DNA from: an uncultured Acidimicrobiia bacterium
GTDB taxonomy: Bacteria > Actinomycetota > Acidimicrobiia > Acidimicrobiales > AC-14
Direction of reading: 5' to 3'
Assembly (NCBI GenBank): GCA_963836205.1
Contig: CAWIIV010000015.1
Span: 1 to 64,000 of the forward strand
DNA length: 64,000 nucleotides
In this document: positions 23,982 through 34,219 of the stretch, one piece after another
Numbering within the stretch: position 1 is the stretch's first letter
How the letters are laid out: the number at the start of each line of letters is the position of its first letter
The notes under the pieces: generated by a model
What the model saw: the letters and a program-made list of their open reading frames with translations, nothing else
Databases searched by the model: none
What the model was told of the DNA's origin: nothing
Translations under genes and position numbers: made by a program

Positions 23982-24767
23982 TCAGCGAGCCCGGTCCAGC
24001 TCCTCCAGCCGCGCCGCGGTCTCCCGGTACCGGACTCCTGGGATGAGGTGCACGCCGGTGAAGGCGCCGCTCTCGGCTACGCGGTGGGCCAGGTCGCATG
24101 CGAGCTCCACGCCGGCGTTCCTGTCGCTCTCGATGGCGCCCAGCCAGGTGGCGGGGACGTCGATCTCCGGGATGGCGGCGACGAGCTTGCGGGCCATCGA
24201 CGCGCTGGGCAGCACCATGACGCCGGCGTACACGTCGCCGTCGAAGGGGACGGCGTCGCGCCACACGAGCAGCGCGTCCACGTCGAAGGACACCTGGACG
24301 AACAGGAAATCCGCCTCCTGCTTCCAGGCCGGGAGTGGTCGCAGCCGGGTCGTGACGCCCGCCCGGAAACGGCCGGCGTGGCCCTGGTGCTCGTCGCTGA
24401 ACCGCCGCAGTTGCTCGATCATCGACCGGACCGTGAGCTGTCCGGTGCGGGCGCCCGCAACCGGCTCGTCCCCGTACACGAAAAGGAACTCGTCGACGCC
24501 ATAGGCGGCTCCGGTCAGGAGGTCGCGTCGGAAGCCAAGCGCGTTCCGGTCGCGGGCGTTGAGACAGGCGATGGCCCGCCCACCCATGCGATCGACCTCG
24601 TGGGCGACGGCGACACTCGACACGGTGGCCCGTCCCACGTGGTTGTCGGGGATGAGGTACGCAGAGGCCACCTTGCTGAGCACGCCGATCTGGTGCCGGA
24701 CGTGCATCAGGTCGGGCCTGGTGGGCGGCTCGATCTCACAGATCCACTCGAAGGGCCGCCCGCTCAT
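23982..24767 (-). CDS. Methylenetetrahydrofolate reductase-like flavoprotein
   Basis: EIEPP, IPDN, CLNARDRN, GD, ADFLFVQ, GVHLIP; -10 TAGCCT 7 nt before ATG 24767. Confidence 0.75.
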   Translation of the reverse strand: MSGRPFEWICEIEPPTRPDLMHVRHQIGVLSKVASAYLIPDNHVGRATVSSVAVAHEVDRMGGRAIACLNARDRNALGFRRDLLTGAAYGVDEFLFVYGDEPVAGARTGQLTVRSMIEQLRRFSDEHQGHAGRFRAGVTTRLRPLPAWKQEADFLFVQVSFDVDALLVWRDAVPFDGDVYAGVMVLPSASMARKLVAAIPEIDVPATWLGAIESDRNAGVELACDLAHRVAESGAFTGVHLIPGVRYRETAARLEELDRAR

Positions 24768-25292
24768 CCAGAGCAGGCTATCCACAGAGCTGGGCCTTGG
24801 GGCCTGGTCCCTGCCTCGCGCCGGAGCGCCAGCAGCGGACGGGCCGCAACGGGCCTCAGACGGCAGCCTCTGATGTGGACTCGCAACCGTCGACGTCTCA
24901 TCGGCCGGGCGTTCGCCACGGCGGTCACGCGGCTGGTGACACCCACCCGAACACTGCGCCTACTTGTCGGTTGGTGCCAGCTTCCTGAACGGCACCCCAT
25001 CTCGCTGATGAGATTATCATGCGACTGCGCATGTGGTCATGCGTCAGCACATCACCGGGGAAACGGGCGGCAGGTCGATCTCCTGACTGCCCTCCCTGGG
25101 ACGAGTTGCGCGTTCGTCGCCCCGAGAGGCGACAACCATGTCCAACTCGCGGGGCCACCTCCCCGCCGACGAGTCCAGTCCGACAGGCGATGTCATCGAT
25201 GTCGTCAGCAGCTGACGCAGGGTGAAGCCTCCTCAGGTGACCGTCTCGGGAGTCCGGTACAACCTGCCCAATGTGACGGATCCGAGGCCTTG

Positions 25293-25853
25293 TCACTCGG
25301 GCAGTTGGCCGAGCAGGAAGCTGCCGACGCCGTCGGGGTTCTCGTCGAAGTAGAAATCGTGGATCGCCTGGAGCAACTCGTCTGCGGTGATGAGGCCGTC
25401 GCCATCGGTGTCGAGCCGCCGGACGACCTCGCGTGCATCGGCCGGAGGCAGACGCATCAGCGAACCGGTCCAGCGGACATGCTCGTCCGCGGCGAGCATG
25501 CCGTCGCCGTCGGTGTCGGCGACGGCCAGAATCGCCTGGAGGAACGGCCGGTAGCCCTGTTCGAACGAAGCTTCCGTCACCAACAGCCCGTCGGCAAACG
25601 CCTTCTTGTACTCGCCGAGGCTGATCTTCCCGTCGTCTTCGGAGTCGGCCACGGAAGCCAGGTGATCCCACAGACCCAGACTCAGTTCCATCAGCCGCTC
25701 CCGCGCCGGCGACCCGCCGCCGTGACCGAACTCGTCGGCGCAGCGTCCTGCCGATGTCTCGAAGTCCGACCGCTCGATAAGGCCATCGCCGTCGTAGTCG
25801 AAGGTCTGAAACCGGCGGGTCAGCTTTCGCCCCAGGAATTCGCTGATCTCCAC
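25293..25853 (-). CDS. EF-hand Ca2+-binding protein (calerythrin-like)
   Basis: Four EF loops: DYDGDGLIERSD, DSEDDGKISLGE, DTDGDGMLAADE, DTDGDGLITADE. Confidence 0.9.
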   Translation of the reverse strand: MEISEFLGRKLTRRFQTFDYDGDGLIERSDFETSAGRCADEFGHGGGSPARERLMELSLGLWDHLASVADSEDDGKISLGEYKKAFADGLLVTEASFEQGYRPFLQAILAVADTDGDGMLAADEHVRWTGSLMRLPPADAREVVRRLDTDGDGLITADELLQAIHDFYFDENPDGVGSFLLGQLPE

Positions 25854-25912
25854 GAAACACGTCCTTTCTCGCTTGACCGGATTTGCCCGCAGTTCCCGAG
25901 CCCAACGGGTTG

Positions 25913-27082
25913 CTAGGGGGACAAGCAGTTGCTGGGTAGGGGGGATCCGGCGACTCGAGCATTGAGCCAGAGCATTGCCGCTGGGGCCCCTTCGAGAACC
26001 CCGGTCACGTGCTCGGCGGGGTAGGTAAGGAACTCGACGCTGACCCCGCGGGCGCACCACTGGTTCCGCAGGTTCTTGCCGAGGGAGTAGGGAATCACCT
26101 CGTCGAGCAGGCCGTGATACTGCAGGATCGGGACGTGGGGGGCGATGCCGCCCAGGCGGCTCTGAGCGAAAGCGGCCTGCCAGGCAGGCAGCGCCAAGAC
26201 GTCGGTGGTCAGGATGTCGCTGTAGTGCTTCAACGCGAACGTGGCGATGAGACCGGCCAGGCAGTCGTTCTGGTGGGCCGCCACCAGCTGCCGGCCGGCA
26301 GCGTTGAGGTAGTTGGACAGGTGGAGTTCGGGGTGTGCGGCGTCCAGGCCGATCAGCGCGGCCACGCCGAAGCCGAAGAACGCCCCGCCGTCGAGGTTAC
26401 GGGCCGTGGCCACGATGTCGGCGGGCACTCCACCGGTGGCCACACCGAGCAGGTGCAGCTCGGGGGCGTAGGTGGGTTGGAGCTGGGCGGCCCAACTCGA
26501 CGCTGCCCCACCCTCGGAGTACCCCCAGATCACCACGCGTGTGTCGGACGCCAACCCGGTGCCGGGGAGGCGGATGGCGGCCCGGGCGACGTCCAGGACG
26601 GCGTGGCCGAGGCTCGGGCCGACCACGTAGGTGTGCTGCCCCGGTGTGCCGAGGCCCTCGTAGTCGGTGACTGCCACCGCCCACCCCTGGAGGAGGAGGC
26701 CTTCGATGATCCCCGTCTCGGTCTCGGTGCCGGCCGCCATCTGGCTCGACGGGGCGCACCGGTCGCCCAGGCCCTGAGTCCCAACCGCGTAGCTGACCAG
26801 GGGGCGCTTGCCGCCTCCGAGGTAGGGGCCGGCGGGAATCAGGATCGTGCCCGACACCACATTTGCGCTGCCGGTGCCGTTGGTTGACCGGTAGGAGATC
26901 CTGGTGGCCGTGACGCCGGGCATCGGGAGGCGCAGCAGCGGAACCATCGTGAACACCGTCGGGGCGGAGCTGACGATGTCGCCCGGCTGACCGCTGTCGG
27001 CCACCGCGGGCGTTGCCCACCCCGCCAGCAACAGCAGCGCGGTCAGCAACGCCCCGAGTCGAAGCAACCTGGCTGTTCGCAC
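25913..27082 (-). CDS. Secreted lipase (LIP family alpha/beta hydrolase)
   Basis: Signal peptide (AVA); GTQGLGDRCAPS, TDYEGLG, GYSEGG nucleophile, HG..DEVIP, EH. Confidence 0.9.
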   Translation of the reverse strand: MRTARLLRLGALLTALLLLAGWATPAVADSGQPGDIVSSAPTVFTMVPLLRLPMPGVTATRISYRSTNGTGSANVVSGTILIPAGPYLGGGKRPLVSYAVGTQGLGDRCAPSSQMAAGTETETGIIEGLLLQGWAVAVTDYEGLGTPGQHTYVVGPSLGHAVLDVARAAIRLPGTGLASDTRVVIWGYSEGGAASSWAAQLQPTYAPELHLLGVATGGVPADIVATARNLDGGAFFGFGVAALIGLDAAHPELHLSNYLNAAGRQLVAAHQNDCLAGLIATFALKHYSDILTTDVLALPAWQAAFAQSRLGGIAPHVPILQYHGLLDEVIPYSLGKNLRNQWCARGVSVEFLTYPAEHVTGVLEGAPAAMLWLNARVAGSPLPSNCLSP

Positions 27083-27298
27083 GATGATCCTGCCTTCGAT
27101 TCGTTCGAGTCCCGCTGCCGCGTATCGCCCACAACGGTAGGTTTCGACGTTCCCGACAGGCAAGGGCCCGAGGTCTCCCCTCCGTCCTTGCCGACTTGGG
27201 AGCCGGTGTCTCTAGGCGGCGTCGCCGCCGCGTGGTGTAGGGGTGGGTCCGCCCTTGTTGGCGGACGGGACAGCCTCGCCCGGCGGCCACCCCGCGGC

Positions 27299-28546
27299 TT
27301 ACAGCCCTCCGCCGATGGCAGCGGTGCCGGCGCGCGGTGCTCGTTCCCACCGGATGTGCCCACGGCGCACGCCGAGCAAGGCCTGAACCGTGACCGCGAG
27401 TGTGAGGCTGCGGTGGGCGAACTGTTGGAGTGGCAGCGTCAGCAGCGGCCGCAGACTGTCGCCGTCGAGGCGCAGCATGTAGGCGGCGAGTGCGGATTGG
27501 GTGACAGTCACCGCAGCCAAGCCGACCAGGCGCCCCGGTTGGCCCACTACCACCCCGGAGAGGCCGTAGACGTCGACGGCAGGGGCAATCAGCGGCAACA
27601 CCACCTGGTAGGCGATCATGAACGGCAGGCCCCGACAGCCCAACGGGCACCGTTCGGTGATCGCACCCCGATGCTTCCACATGCAGCGATAGGTGCCGCC
27701 AACCCAGCGCTTACGTTGACGCCACAAGGACCGTAGGTGGGCCGGGGCCTCGGTCCAGGCCCGGGCCCGGTCACGGTAGACGACATCCCATCCGGCACGG
27801 CCAATGGCCATCGTGACGTCGGTGTCCTCGGCCACCGTCTCGTCGCTGAACCCGCCCACCTGGGCCAGGGCCTGGCGGCGGAACGCGCCGACCGCTCCCG
27901 GGACGGTGGGCATGCAGCCCAGCACGTCGTAGACCCGCCGGTCGGCGTTGTACCCGGCCACGTACTCAAGGTGCTGCCAGCGACCCAACACGCCGCCCCG
28001 GTTTCCGACCTTGGTGTTGCCCGCCACTGCTCCGACACGGTCGTCGGCGAACACTTCGACGAGGCGGACCAACGTGTCCGGCTCGAAGACGGTATCGGCG
28101 TCCACGCACACCACGACCTCCCCACCGCAGGACCCGATCCCGGCGTTGAGCGCTCCGGCCTTTCCGGTGTTCGCCTGCCGGAGAAGCCAGACGTCGGCCA
28201 CGCCCAGTCGCTCGACGATGTCACCGGTCCCGTCGGTGGAGCCGTCGTCGACGACGACGACATCAAACTGGGGGTAGTGGCTGGCGGCTAGGGAGCGGAC
28301 GCAGGCGGCGATCCCGGCCGCTTCATTCCACGCGGGCACCACAATCGACACCGTCGGCGGGCTCCACCCGTCCGGCTCGGGGCCGACCTGGCTGGCCACG
28401 TGGCGACGGGCGGTCGCCGCAACCAGCACGGCGCGACCCACGAACAGGACGACCGCCGGCACGACAAGCCAGCCCGTCACGACGAAGAAGACCTGCGCCG
28501 GCTTCACGTGGGCGACCGCGAACCCGAGTAGACCGTTGACTGCCAT
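27299..28546 (-). CDS. GT2 processive glycosyltransferase (IcaA/PgaC-like)
   Basis: VPAWNE, DDGSTD, GKAGALN, DAD, AEDTD, QRKRW; TM helices. Confidence 0.9.
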   Translation of the reverse strand: MAVNGLLGFAVAHVKPAQVFFVVTGWLVVPAVVLFVGRAVLVAATARRHVASQVGPEPDGWSPPTVSIVVPAWNEAAGIAACVRSLAASHYPQFDVVVVDDGSTDGTGDIVERLGVADVWLLRQANTGKAGALNAGIGSCGGEVVVCVDADTVFEPDTLVRLVEVFADDRVGAVAGNTKVGNRGGVLGRWQHLEYVAGYNADRRVYDVLGCMPTVPGAVGAFRRQALAQVGGFSDETVAEDTDVTMAIGRAGWDVVYRDRARAWTEAPAHLRSLWRQRKRWVGGTYRCMWKHRGAITERCPLGCRGLPFMIAYQVVLPLIAPAVDVYGLSGVVVGQPGRLVGLAAVTVTQSALAAYMLRLDGDSLRPLLTLPLQQFAHRSLTLAVTVQALLGVRRGHIRWERAPRAGTAAIGGGL

Positions 28547-28729
28547 GAGCAGCGACTCGAAAAACGGCCCGGGCAGTGTTCAGCCGACGGCGACCATCCC
28601 CTCACGGTCCAGCAGTGTCGAGCCATGACGACGGCGCGTAGACGAGATCGAGGTCATCGCCGCCTGGGTAGAGGTCTGCGCCGTTCGCCCCACTCCGCCC
28701 TCGCGCCATCCTCGCGACGGTAACGCGCC

Positions 28730-29503
28730 GTGGACGAATCCCAGCTCGGCCCGCTCCCCGCGGACCTCCGGGGACGGCGGGCTGTCGTCACCGGCGCCGC
28801 CCACGGTATCGGGCGAGCCATCGCGGCCCGCCTGGTGGGCTGTCGGGCGCTCGTGATAGCAGTCGACAGCGACGAGGGCGCCTTGGGCAAAACGGCATCG
28901 GCGCTCGGGTGCGACGCCGTCGTGGGCGACCTGTCTCGCCTCGACACCTCGACCTTGGCCGACCAACTCCTCGCCGTCTATGGCCCCATCGAGCTCATCG
29001 TGAACAACGTTGGCATCTCCACCCCGCATGGTTTCCTCGACCTCCAGGAACCCGATTTCGACCGGGTACTGCGCGCCAACCTTCGAGGCCCTTGGTTCTT
29101 CACCCGCCGCCTGGTTGAACGGCTGGTCGCCGACGACCGGCGAGGCTCGATCGTGTTCATCTCCTCCCTGCACGACACCATCCTGCGGCTCCAGCCCCAC
29201 TACAGCACCAGCAAAGCCGCCGTGGCCATGCTGGCACGCGAGCTTGCCTACGAGCTCGGAGCCCACAACATCCGGGTCAACGCCGTGTCACCCGGCTCCA
29301 TCAGGTCGACATCCAATCCTCAGCCCGATGTCGAGGACCTCGCGATCGGCCGGCTGATCCCCATTGGCCGCACCGGCGACCCCGACGACGTCGCCAAAGC
29401 CGTGGCCGTGCTGCTCAGCGACGCCTGGGCCGGCTACATCACCGGCGCCAACATTCTCGTAGACGGCGGCCTGGCCCTGCACTCCTGGCTCATGGACCGC
29501 TAG
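28730..29503 (+). CDS. SDR-family oxidoreductase
   Basis: TGAAHGIG, NNVG, YSTSK, IRVNAVSPG. Confidence 0.92.
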   Translation: MDESQLGPLPADLRGRRAVVTGAAHGIGRAIAARLVGCRALVIAVDSDEGALGKTASALGCDAVVGDLSRLDTSTLADQLLAVYGPIELIVNNVGISTPHGFLDLQEPDFDRVLRANLRGPWFFTRRLVERLVADDRRGSIVFISSLHDTILRLQPHYSTSKAAVAMLARELAYELGAHNIRVNAVSPGSIRSTSNPQPDVEDLAIGRLIPIGRTGDPDDVAKAVAVLLSDAWAGYITGANILVDGGLALHSWLMDR

Positions 29504-29641
29504 ACCGAAACGGACCACTGCTCACGCTGGCCACGTGTCACCGGATATCCAAGTTCGGTGTGAGTGGATACGCAGTCCGAACCGAAGAATGGGCGTGTCT
29601 CCGACGCGTCGGCCACAGCACCTCACCGGATCTCGACCCGG

Positions 29642-30343
29642 TCACGGCCAGGTGATGCCGCTGGCGTCGCCGGGTCGGACGAGACAGTGCTCGTAGGCGA
29701 GGATCACCGCCTGGACCCGGCTGCGAACGCCGAGCTTCAGGAGCAGGCTGCTCACGTGGCTCTTCACCGTGGCCTCGCTCAGGAAGAGCTCGGCCGCCAG
29801 CTCACGGTTCGATCGGCCCCTGGCAAGGCCAACGAGGATCTCGCGCTCCCGCCCGGTCAGGTTGGCTACCGGGGCCGGCAGGTCGCCAGACGGTGACATG
29901 CGGCCCTCCAGCTCGGACCACCGCTGCACCAACCGTCCGGTGACGGCCGGATCGACGACGGCGTCCCCGGCCGCCACCGCCCGGATGGCGGCCAAGAGAG
30001 CGTCCGGCGTGGCGTCCTTGAGGAGGAACCCGCTGGCTCCGGCGCGCAGGGCCCCGAAAACGTAGTCGTCGTCCTGGAAGGTCGTAAGCACGAGCACGCT
30101 GGGGGCATCGTCACCGCCGGCGTCGAGGATGCGCCGTGTCGCCTCGATGCCGTCGCTGCCCGGCATCCGGATGTCCATGAGAACGACATGCGGCTTGGCG
30201 GCCGCCACCACCCGCACGGCCTCGTCGCCGTCACCGGCCTCACCCACCACGGTGAGATCGGGTTCGTTGTCGACGATGAGCCGCAGGCCGCCGCGGATGA
30301 CGGCTTGGTCGTCGACGACGACGACGCGCACCAGGCCCGTCAC
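29642..30343 (-). CDS. NarL/LuxR-family response regulator
   Basis: VDDQ, LMDIRMP, LTGREREIL, SEATVKSHV. Confidence 0.93.
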   Translation of the reverse strand: MTGLVRVVVVDDQAVIRGGLRLIVDNEPDLTVVGEAGDGDEAVRVVAAAKPHVVLMDIRMPGSDGIEATRRILDAGGDDAPSVLVLTTFQDDDYVFGALRAGASGFLLKDATPDALLAAIRAVAAGDAVVDPAVTGRLVQRWSELEGRMSPSGDLPAPVANLTGREREILVGLARGRSNRELAAELFLSEATVKSHVSSLLLKLGVRSRVQAVILAYEHCLVRPGDASGITWP

Positions 30344-31560
30344 GGCGCGGCCACGACCGCTCCCGGGAACCAGGCCCGGACCCGCCAGCCGCCGAGGGCG
30401 CTGCGGTCGACGCCGAACTGACCGCCGCAGCTCGTCGCCCGCTCCCGCATCCCGAGGAGCCCATGGCCGCCGCCCGGGCGGACGTGCTCGGGGTCGGGTC
30501 CCGCCCCGTCGTCCTCGACCGTGACGGTGATGCCGTGCTCGAGCGGCTGCACGGAGACGACGGCCACTCGGGCGCGGGCGTGGCGGAGCACGTTGGTGAG
30601 CGACTCCTGCACGACGCGGACAACGGCGTGCTGTACCTGAGGCTCCAGAGGCGGCAGGGCCTCGTCCACTTCGATCCGCACGTCGAGCCCGGCGTGTTCA
30701 ACCCGCGCCACGATGGCCGCCAGGTCGCCGAGCGATGGGGTCGGCGCGAGCGTCGCCGGTCCCTCGCCTTCGCGCAGCACCGTCACGGTGCGACGCATCG
30801 AGGTGAGAGCCGAGCGGGCGGTCTCGGCGATCCAGCCGACGCTCTCCACTGCGAACTCGGGACGGGAGCCGGCGATCCGCGCCGCGGCCTGGGCCCGGAC
30901 GACCAGGGCGGTGAGGTGGTGGGCGACGTCGTCGTGGAGCTCACGGGCGATGCGCGTGCGCTCCACGGCGACGGCGCGGTCGGCCTCGACCTGGCGGAGC
31001 CGCTCGAGCTCGTCGTTGCGGGCGGCGAGCGTGGCGGTGACCCAGCCGAGCACGACCATGACGGCCACCGCGAACTCGTCGAAGAGGATGCGGGACCAGT
31101 CGAGAGGCGATGTCCCTCTCCCCCCGTTGGGCGCCAATCCGCTCCCCCCGAGGCGCGGCACCCCGATGCCCCCGAGGGCATCGGGGTGGAGGACGCCGGA
31201 AGACAGCAGGAACCCGGCGGCCAAGGCGGCGGCGGCGGTGACTGCGGCCCACACCGATGGGCGCCGGGCCGAGGCGTAGGCCACCAGCAGCACCGGGAGC
31301 AGGTGGAACTCGGTCTGCAGTTGCTGCTGGTAGAGCAACGGGTAGGCGAGCACCCCGGCCGCGAGCAGGACGGAGGGCGCGGCCCGACGGGCGGCGAGGG
31401 CGAGCACCGACACTGCGCCGGCAATGTCGTAGGCACCGTCGTTCGCCGGGGACCAGCCCCTGCTCTCCCAGTAGGCAGAGCACCCGAACCAGACCAGGCC
31501 GAGGACCGCCGCCAGGCAGGCGTCCTGGACGGGTGGCGGTTGGCGCCGCCAGCGAGTCAT
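30340..31560 (-). CDS. Membrane sensor histidine kinase (HisKA_3 type)
   Basis: ERTRIARELHD, QESLTNVLRHA, DDG.G, GHGLLGMRER. Confidence 0.92.
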   Translation of the reverse strand: MTRWRRQPPPVQDACLAAVLGLVWFGCSAYWESRGWSPANDGAYDIAGAVSVLALAARRAAPSVLLAAGVLAYPLLYQQQLQTEFHLLPVLLVAYASARRPSVWAAVTAAAALAAGFLLSSGVLHPDALGGIGVPRLGGSGLAPNGGRGTSPLDWSRILFDEFAVAVMVVLGWVTATLAARNDELERLRQVEADRAVAVERTRIARELHDDVAHHLTALVVRAQAAARIAGSRPEFAVESVGWIAETARSALTSMRRTVTVLREGEGPATLAPTPSLGDLAAIVARVEHAGLDVRIEVDEALPPLEPQVQHAVVRVVQESLTNVLRHARARVAVVSVQPLEHGITVTVEDDGAGPDPEHVRPGGGHGLLGMRERATSCGGQFGVDRSALGGWRVRAWFPGAVVAAP

Positions 31561-31603
31561 CACGGGAGGCGAGCGTACCGGTGCGACCCCCCGCGGCCGC
31601 ATC

Positions 31604-31673
31604 GGCCGAAAGGCGGATCACGTGGCCCACGACTCCCGACCTTCGGCGGAGAAAGTGCTCGACCGACGGCCGA
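31604..31673. promoter_or_regulatory. Imperfect direct repeats (CGACCnnnGGCnGA-like) between the divergent kinase and peptidase genes; probable response-regulator sites
   Basis: ggccgaaaggcgga 31604, cgaccttcggcgga 31637, cgaccgacggccga 31660 (last two 23 bp apart). Confidence 0.55.
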
Positions 31674-31707
31674 TGTGCGCCGCTGGGCCGTCACGGACTA
31701 TCCCCTC

Positions 31708-32241
31708 ATGCAGCTTCGTCCCGCCCGAACCGTCGCCCTCCTCATTGCCGCGGCAGCCATCATCGTCACCGGTTCCACGGCCTGGCCCCACACCGCCGCC
31801 AGTGGTGGGAGGACTCTTCCCGCCCTGCTCCCGACAGGCGCGCCGACGACCGCGGCGCCGACCGGCCTCCACCCCGGCCTTGTCGCCGCCCTCGAGGCCG
31901 CCGTTGATGCCGCCCGCCAGGCAGGCCAGGACCTGTCCGTGACGTCCGGCTTCCGGACAGTCGCCGACCAGGAGGCGCTCCTCGCGGACGCTATTGCCGA
32001 GCAGGGCCCCACGGAGGCGCTGCGGTGGGTGTTCCCATCCGACAGGTCCATGCACGTCCGGGGCCTCGCCGTCGACATGGGCGACAGGCCGGCCGCCGAG
32101 TGGCTGGGAGACCACGGCGCTCGGTTCGGCCTCTGCCGCACCCTCGCCTGGGAGTGGTGGCACTTCGAGTGGCGCCCCGCGTGGGAAGCCTTGTCGACCT
32201 GCCCCGGACCCGTCGACGACCCAGCGGACGCCCCCGCCTGA
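31708..32241 (+). CDS. VanY-like D,D-carboxypeptidase (peptidase M15B)
   Basis: SGFR, SMH..GLAVD, EWWH; N-terminal membrane anchor. Confidence 0.88.
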   Translation: MQLRPARTVALLIAAAAIIVTGSTAWPHTAASGGRTLPALLPTGAPTTAAPTGLHPGLVAALEAAVDAARQAGQDLSVTSGFRTVADQEALLADAIAEQGPTEALRWVFPSDRSMHVRGLAVDMGDRPAAEWLGDHGARFGLCRTLAWEWWHFEWRPAWEALSTCPGPVDDPADAPA

Positions 32242-32324
32242 GTTCGAGATCCATCTGGACCCGGGAGGCCCGCGCCTCGACGAGAACCGGCAACGCCCGC
32301 GGGCGCGCGCCGACTCAGCCGACT

Positions 32325-32639
32325 TCAGCAGTCGAGGGTGATGCCGGCGGTTCGACAGATGTCTCGAGCGCGATCTTGACCCAACGCACCGATCCGGTGA
32401 ACGAGCATCGCCTTGGGGAACGGCTGCAGATTGTCGAACGAGGCCGCCGACTGCTGCGGGAGGCCCTCTGCCTCGCCAAGAGGTAGCTCGCTGGGAACAC
32501 CGCGGATACGGCTGGTGACCGGCGCGACCAGGACCCGCTGCATCACGCGGTTGGCGGCGTCCCGGCTCACGACGAGAAAGGGCCGGCCCTTCTCCTCCGG
32601 AGTCTCACCCCACCAGACCTCGCCTCTCGCTACCACCAC
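32325..32639 (-). CDS. mazF: MazF/PemK-family toxin
   Basis: RGEVWW...KGRPFLVVSRD..N...VAPVTS...FDNLQ. Confidence 0.9.
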   Translation of the reverse strand: MVVARGEVWWGETPEEKGRPFLVVSRDAANRVMQRVLVAPVTSRIRGVPSELPLGEAEGLPQQSAASFDNLQPFPKAMLVHRIGALGQDRARDICRTAGITLDC

Positions 32640-32890
32640 TTCTCCCAAGGTTCGTCGTCGATCGCCTGCGTCGCCAGGCGTTTCGCCTCCGCCAGCTCGC
32701 TCTCGGACTCCGGGGCCTGTCGATAGCCGTCGGTGTAGGCCTGCTCCAGGGCATCTCGTCGCTGCCCTGAGACGACCATCTCCACCCCCCGCCGAACGGC
32801 CGATGAGCGGCTTGGGTAAAGCCCCTGAGCAACCAGCTCGTCGAGTTCGCGTACCAGCCCATCTGGCAGCTTCACGGCAATCTGCGTCAT
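32630..32890 (-). CDS. RHH antitoxin (MazE partner)
   Basis: MTQIAVKLPD.LV.ELD.LV..G.Y.SRS..VR; acidic tail; overlaps the toxin. Confidence 0.85.
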   Translation of the reverse strand: MTQIAVKLPDGLVRELDELVAQGLYPSRSSAVRRGVEMVVSGQRRDALEQAYTDGYRQAPESESELAEAKRLATQAIDDEPWEKWW

Positions 32891-32896
32891 TCCTTG

Positions 32897-32922
32897 AGTA
32901 TACCGATGGGTATCACCATCGG
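32897..32922 (-). promoter_or_regulatory. TA promoter (-10 TATACT) and operator palindrome CCGATGG-N6-CCATCGG
   Basis: -10 at 32897-32902, 6 nt before ATG; inverted repeat 32903-32922. Confidence 0.7.
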
Positions 32923-33096
32923 AACCACCGCGACTGAGGTGTCGCTGCAGATGGCCGCTGTCACGCCGAGAATTGCCGGCGGGGCAGTGCCTATCGGGCT
33001 GACCGCGGCTGGCTCGCGTCGCGGCGCGCCTCCCGGTTGACGATCAGGGGCTGCGGGAACATACGCGCCACGCGGACAGGGTCCTACGGAGGCGAC

Positions 33097-33258
33097 ATGA
33101 CTGAGCGGCCGAACAAGACGCAGCCGGCGGACGAGCCAGGCGGCACCGACAAGGACGGCGACGACCGGAACGGCGGCACCATCAACGATCCGCTCACCCG
33201 GCGGGATGTCAAGGCGCCCCGCACTCCGTTCCAGTCCAACCCTCCGACGAACGGCTGA
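33097..33258 (+). CDS. Small acidic hypothetical protein (53 aa)
   Basis: SD GGAGG before ATG 33097. Confidence 0.45.
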   Translation: MTERPNKTQPADEPGGTDKDGDDRNGGTINDPLTRRDVKAPRTPFQSNPPTNG

Positions 33259-33574
33259 TCCGCCGGCTCTGGGCGCGGCGGGCCCGGTCTCGGCGTGTCG
33301 AGCCCGCCTGCGCCGCTCGCGATCGTCGGCGGATCGCCGGGCGAGTCGAGGCATCCCTGGCGCGAACCGCCAGAGGGACGTGAGGCGACGGTGTCGTGAC
33401 GACGCCGGCCAGCCGGGCAGATTGGCGCGCTCGCGGGCCGGGCGACGCCCTGGGCCTCGCCGAAATCGCGTCGAGGAGCCGGCGCTCCTTCTCGGTAAGG
33501 GAGATTTGGTCCGCAACGTGAGGTACGGCGGCATCACCTGTCCCCCCTCCGCCGCGAACGCCCTTGCCGAAGCT

Positions 33575-33593
33575 TAGGATACTGAGTATCCTA
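33575..33593. promoter_or_regulatory. PadR-type operator palindrome
   Basis: Perfect TAGGATACT-G-AGTATCCTA 30 bp upstream of the padR start. Confidence 0.75.
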
Positions 33594-33622
33594 CTCCGTA
33601 TGGTCGAAGGTTCGAGCTGGCG

Positions 33623-34219
33623 ATGAGTGTCCGTCACGCGCTGTTGGCGCTGTTGAGCGACGGGCCGAAGTACGGGTTGCAGCTGCGGCACGAGTTCGAG
33701 GCCCGCACCGGGGAGGTGTGGCCGCTCAACGTCGGGCAGGTGTACACGACGCTCCAGCGGCTGGAGCGCGACGGCCTGGTGGCGTCCGACGGCGAGGTCG
33801 ACGGTCCCCAGAAGGGCTACACCATCACCGACGACGGCCGCCGGGACCTGATGGCCTGGTTGCAGACGCCGCCCGAGATCGTCCAGCCGCCGCGGGACGA
33901 GCTGCTGATCAAGGTGCTGGTGGCGGTGCAGGTGCCGGGGGTGGACGTGCACCACGTGGTCCAGGTCCACCGCCGCCACCTGATCGAGCTCATGCAGCGC
34001 TACACGGCGGTGAAGGCCGACGCCGCCGAGGACGACTTGGCCCTGGCCCTGGTGGTCGACGCCGAGCTGTTCCGGATCGAGGCGGCCGTGCGCTGGCTGG
34101 ACACGGCCGACATCCGGCTCCGGAAACACGCCGAGCGACCGCCGCAGCCGGCGGCCTCGCCGACCAAGCCGCCGCCGTCCCGGGTGGGCCCGACCGGCCG
34201 ACTGGCGGTGCGGTCGTGA
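33623..34219 (+). CDS. PadR-family regulator
   Basis: LLALL..GPKYG..L, NVGQVYTTLQRLE.DGL, Y.IT..GR. Confidence 0.92.
   Translation: MSVRHALLALLSDGPKYGLQLRHEFEARTGEVWPLNVGQVYTTLQRLERDGLVASDGEVDGPQKGYTITDDGRRDLMAWLQTPPEIVQPPRDELLIKVLVAVQVPGVDVHHVVQVHRRHLIELMQRYTAVKADAAEDDLALALVVDAELFRIEAAVRWLDTADIRLRKHAERPPQPAASPTKPPPSRVGPTGRLAVRS

Noticed and set aside
24790-25015. Possible SAM/SAH riboswitch upstream of the MTHFR-like gene (TCTCATC...GATGAGA long-range pairing, GGTGCC/GGCACC hairpin)
   Set aside because: Core SAM-I/IV and SAH motifs are incomplete, and a -10 TAGCCT 7 nt before ATG 24767 indicates a leaderless transcript that excludes this region; only an Infernal/Rfam hit would revive it
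29642-32241. Vancomycin-resistance (van) cluster
   Set aside because: No D-Ala-D-Lac ligase, VanH or VanX; regulator is LuxR-type rather than OmpR-type VanR
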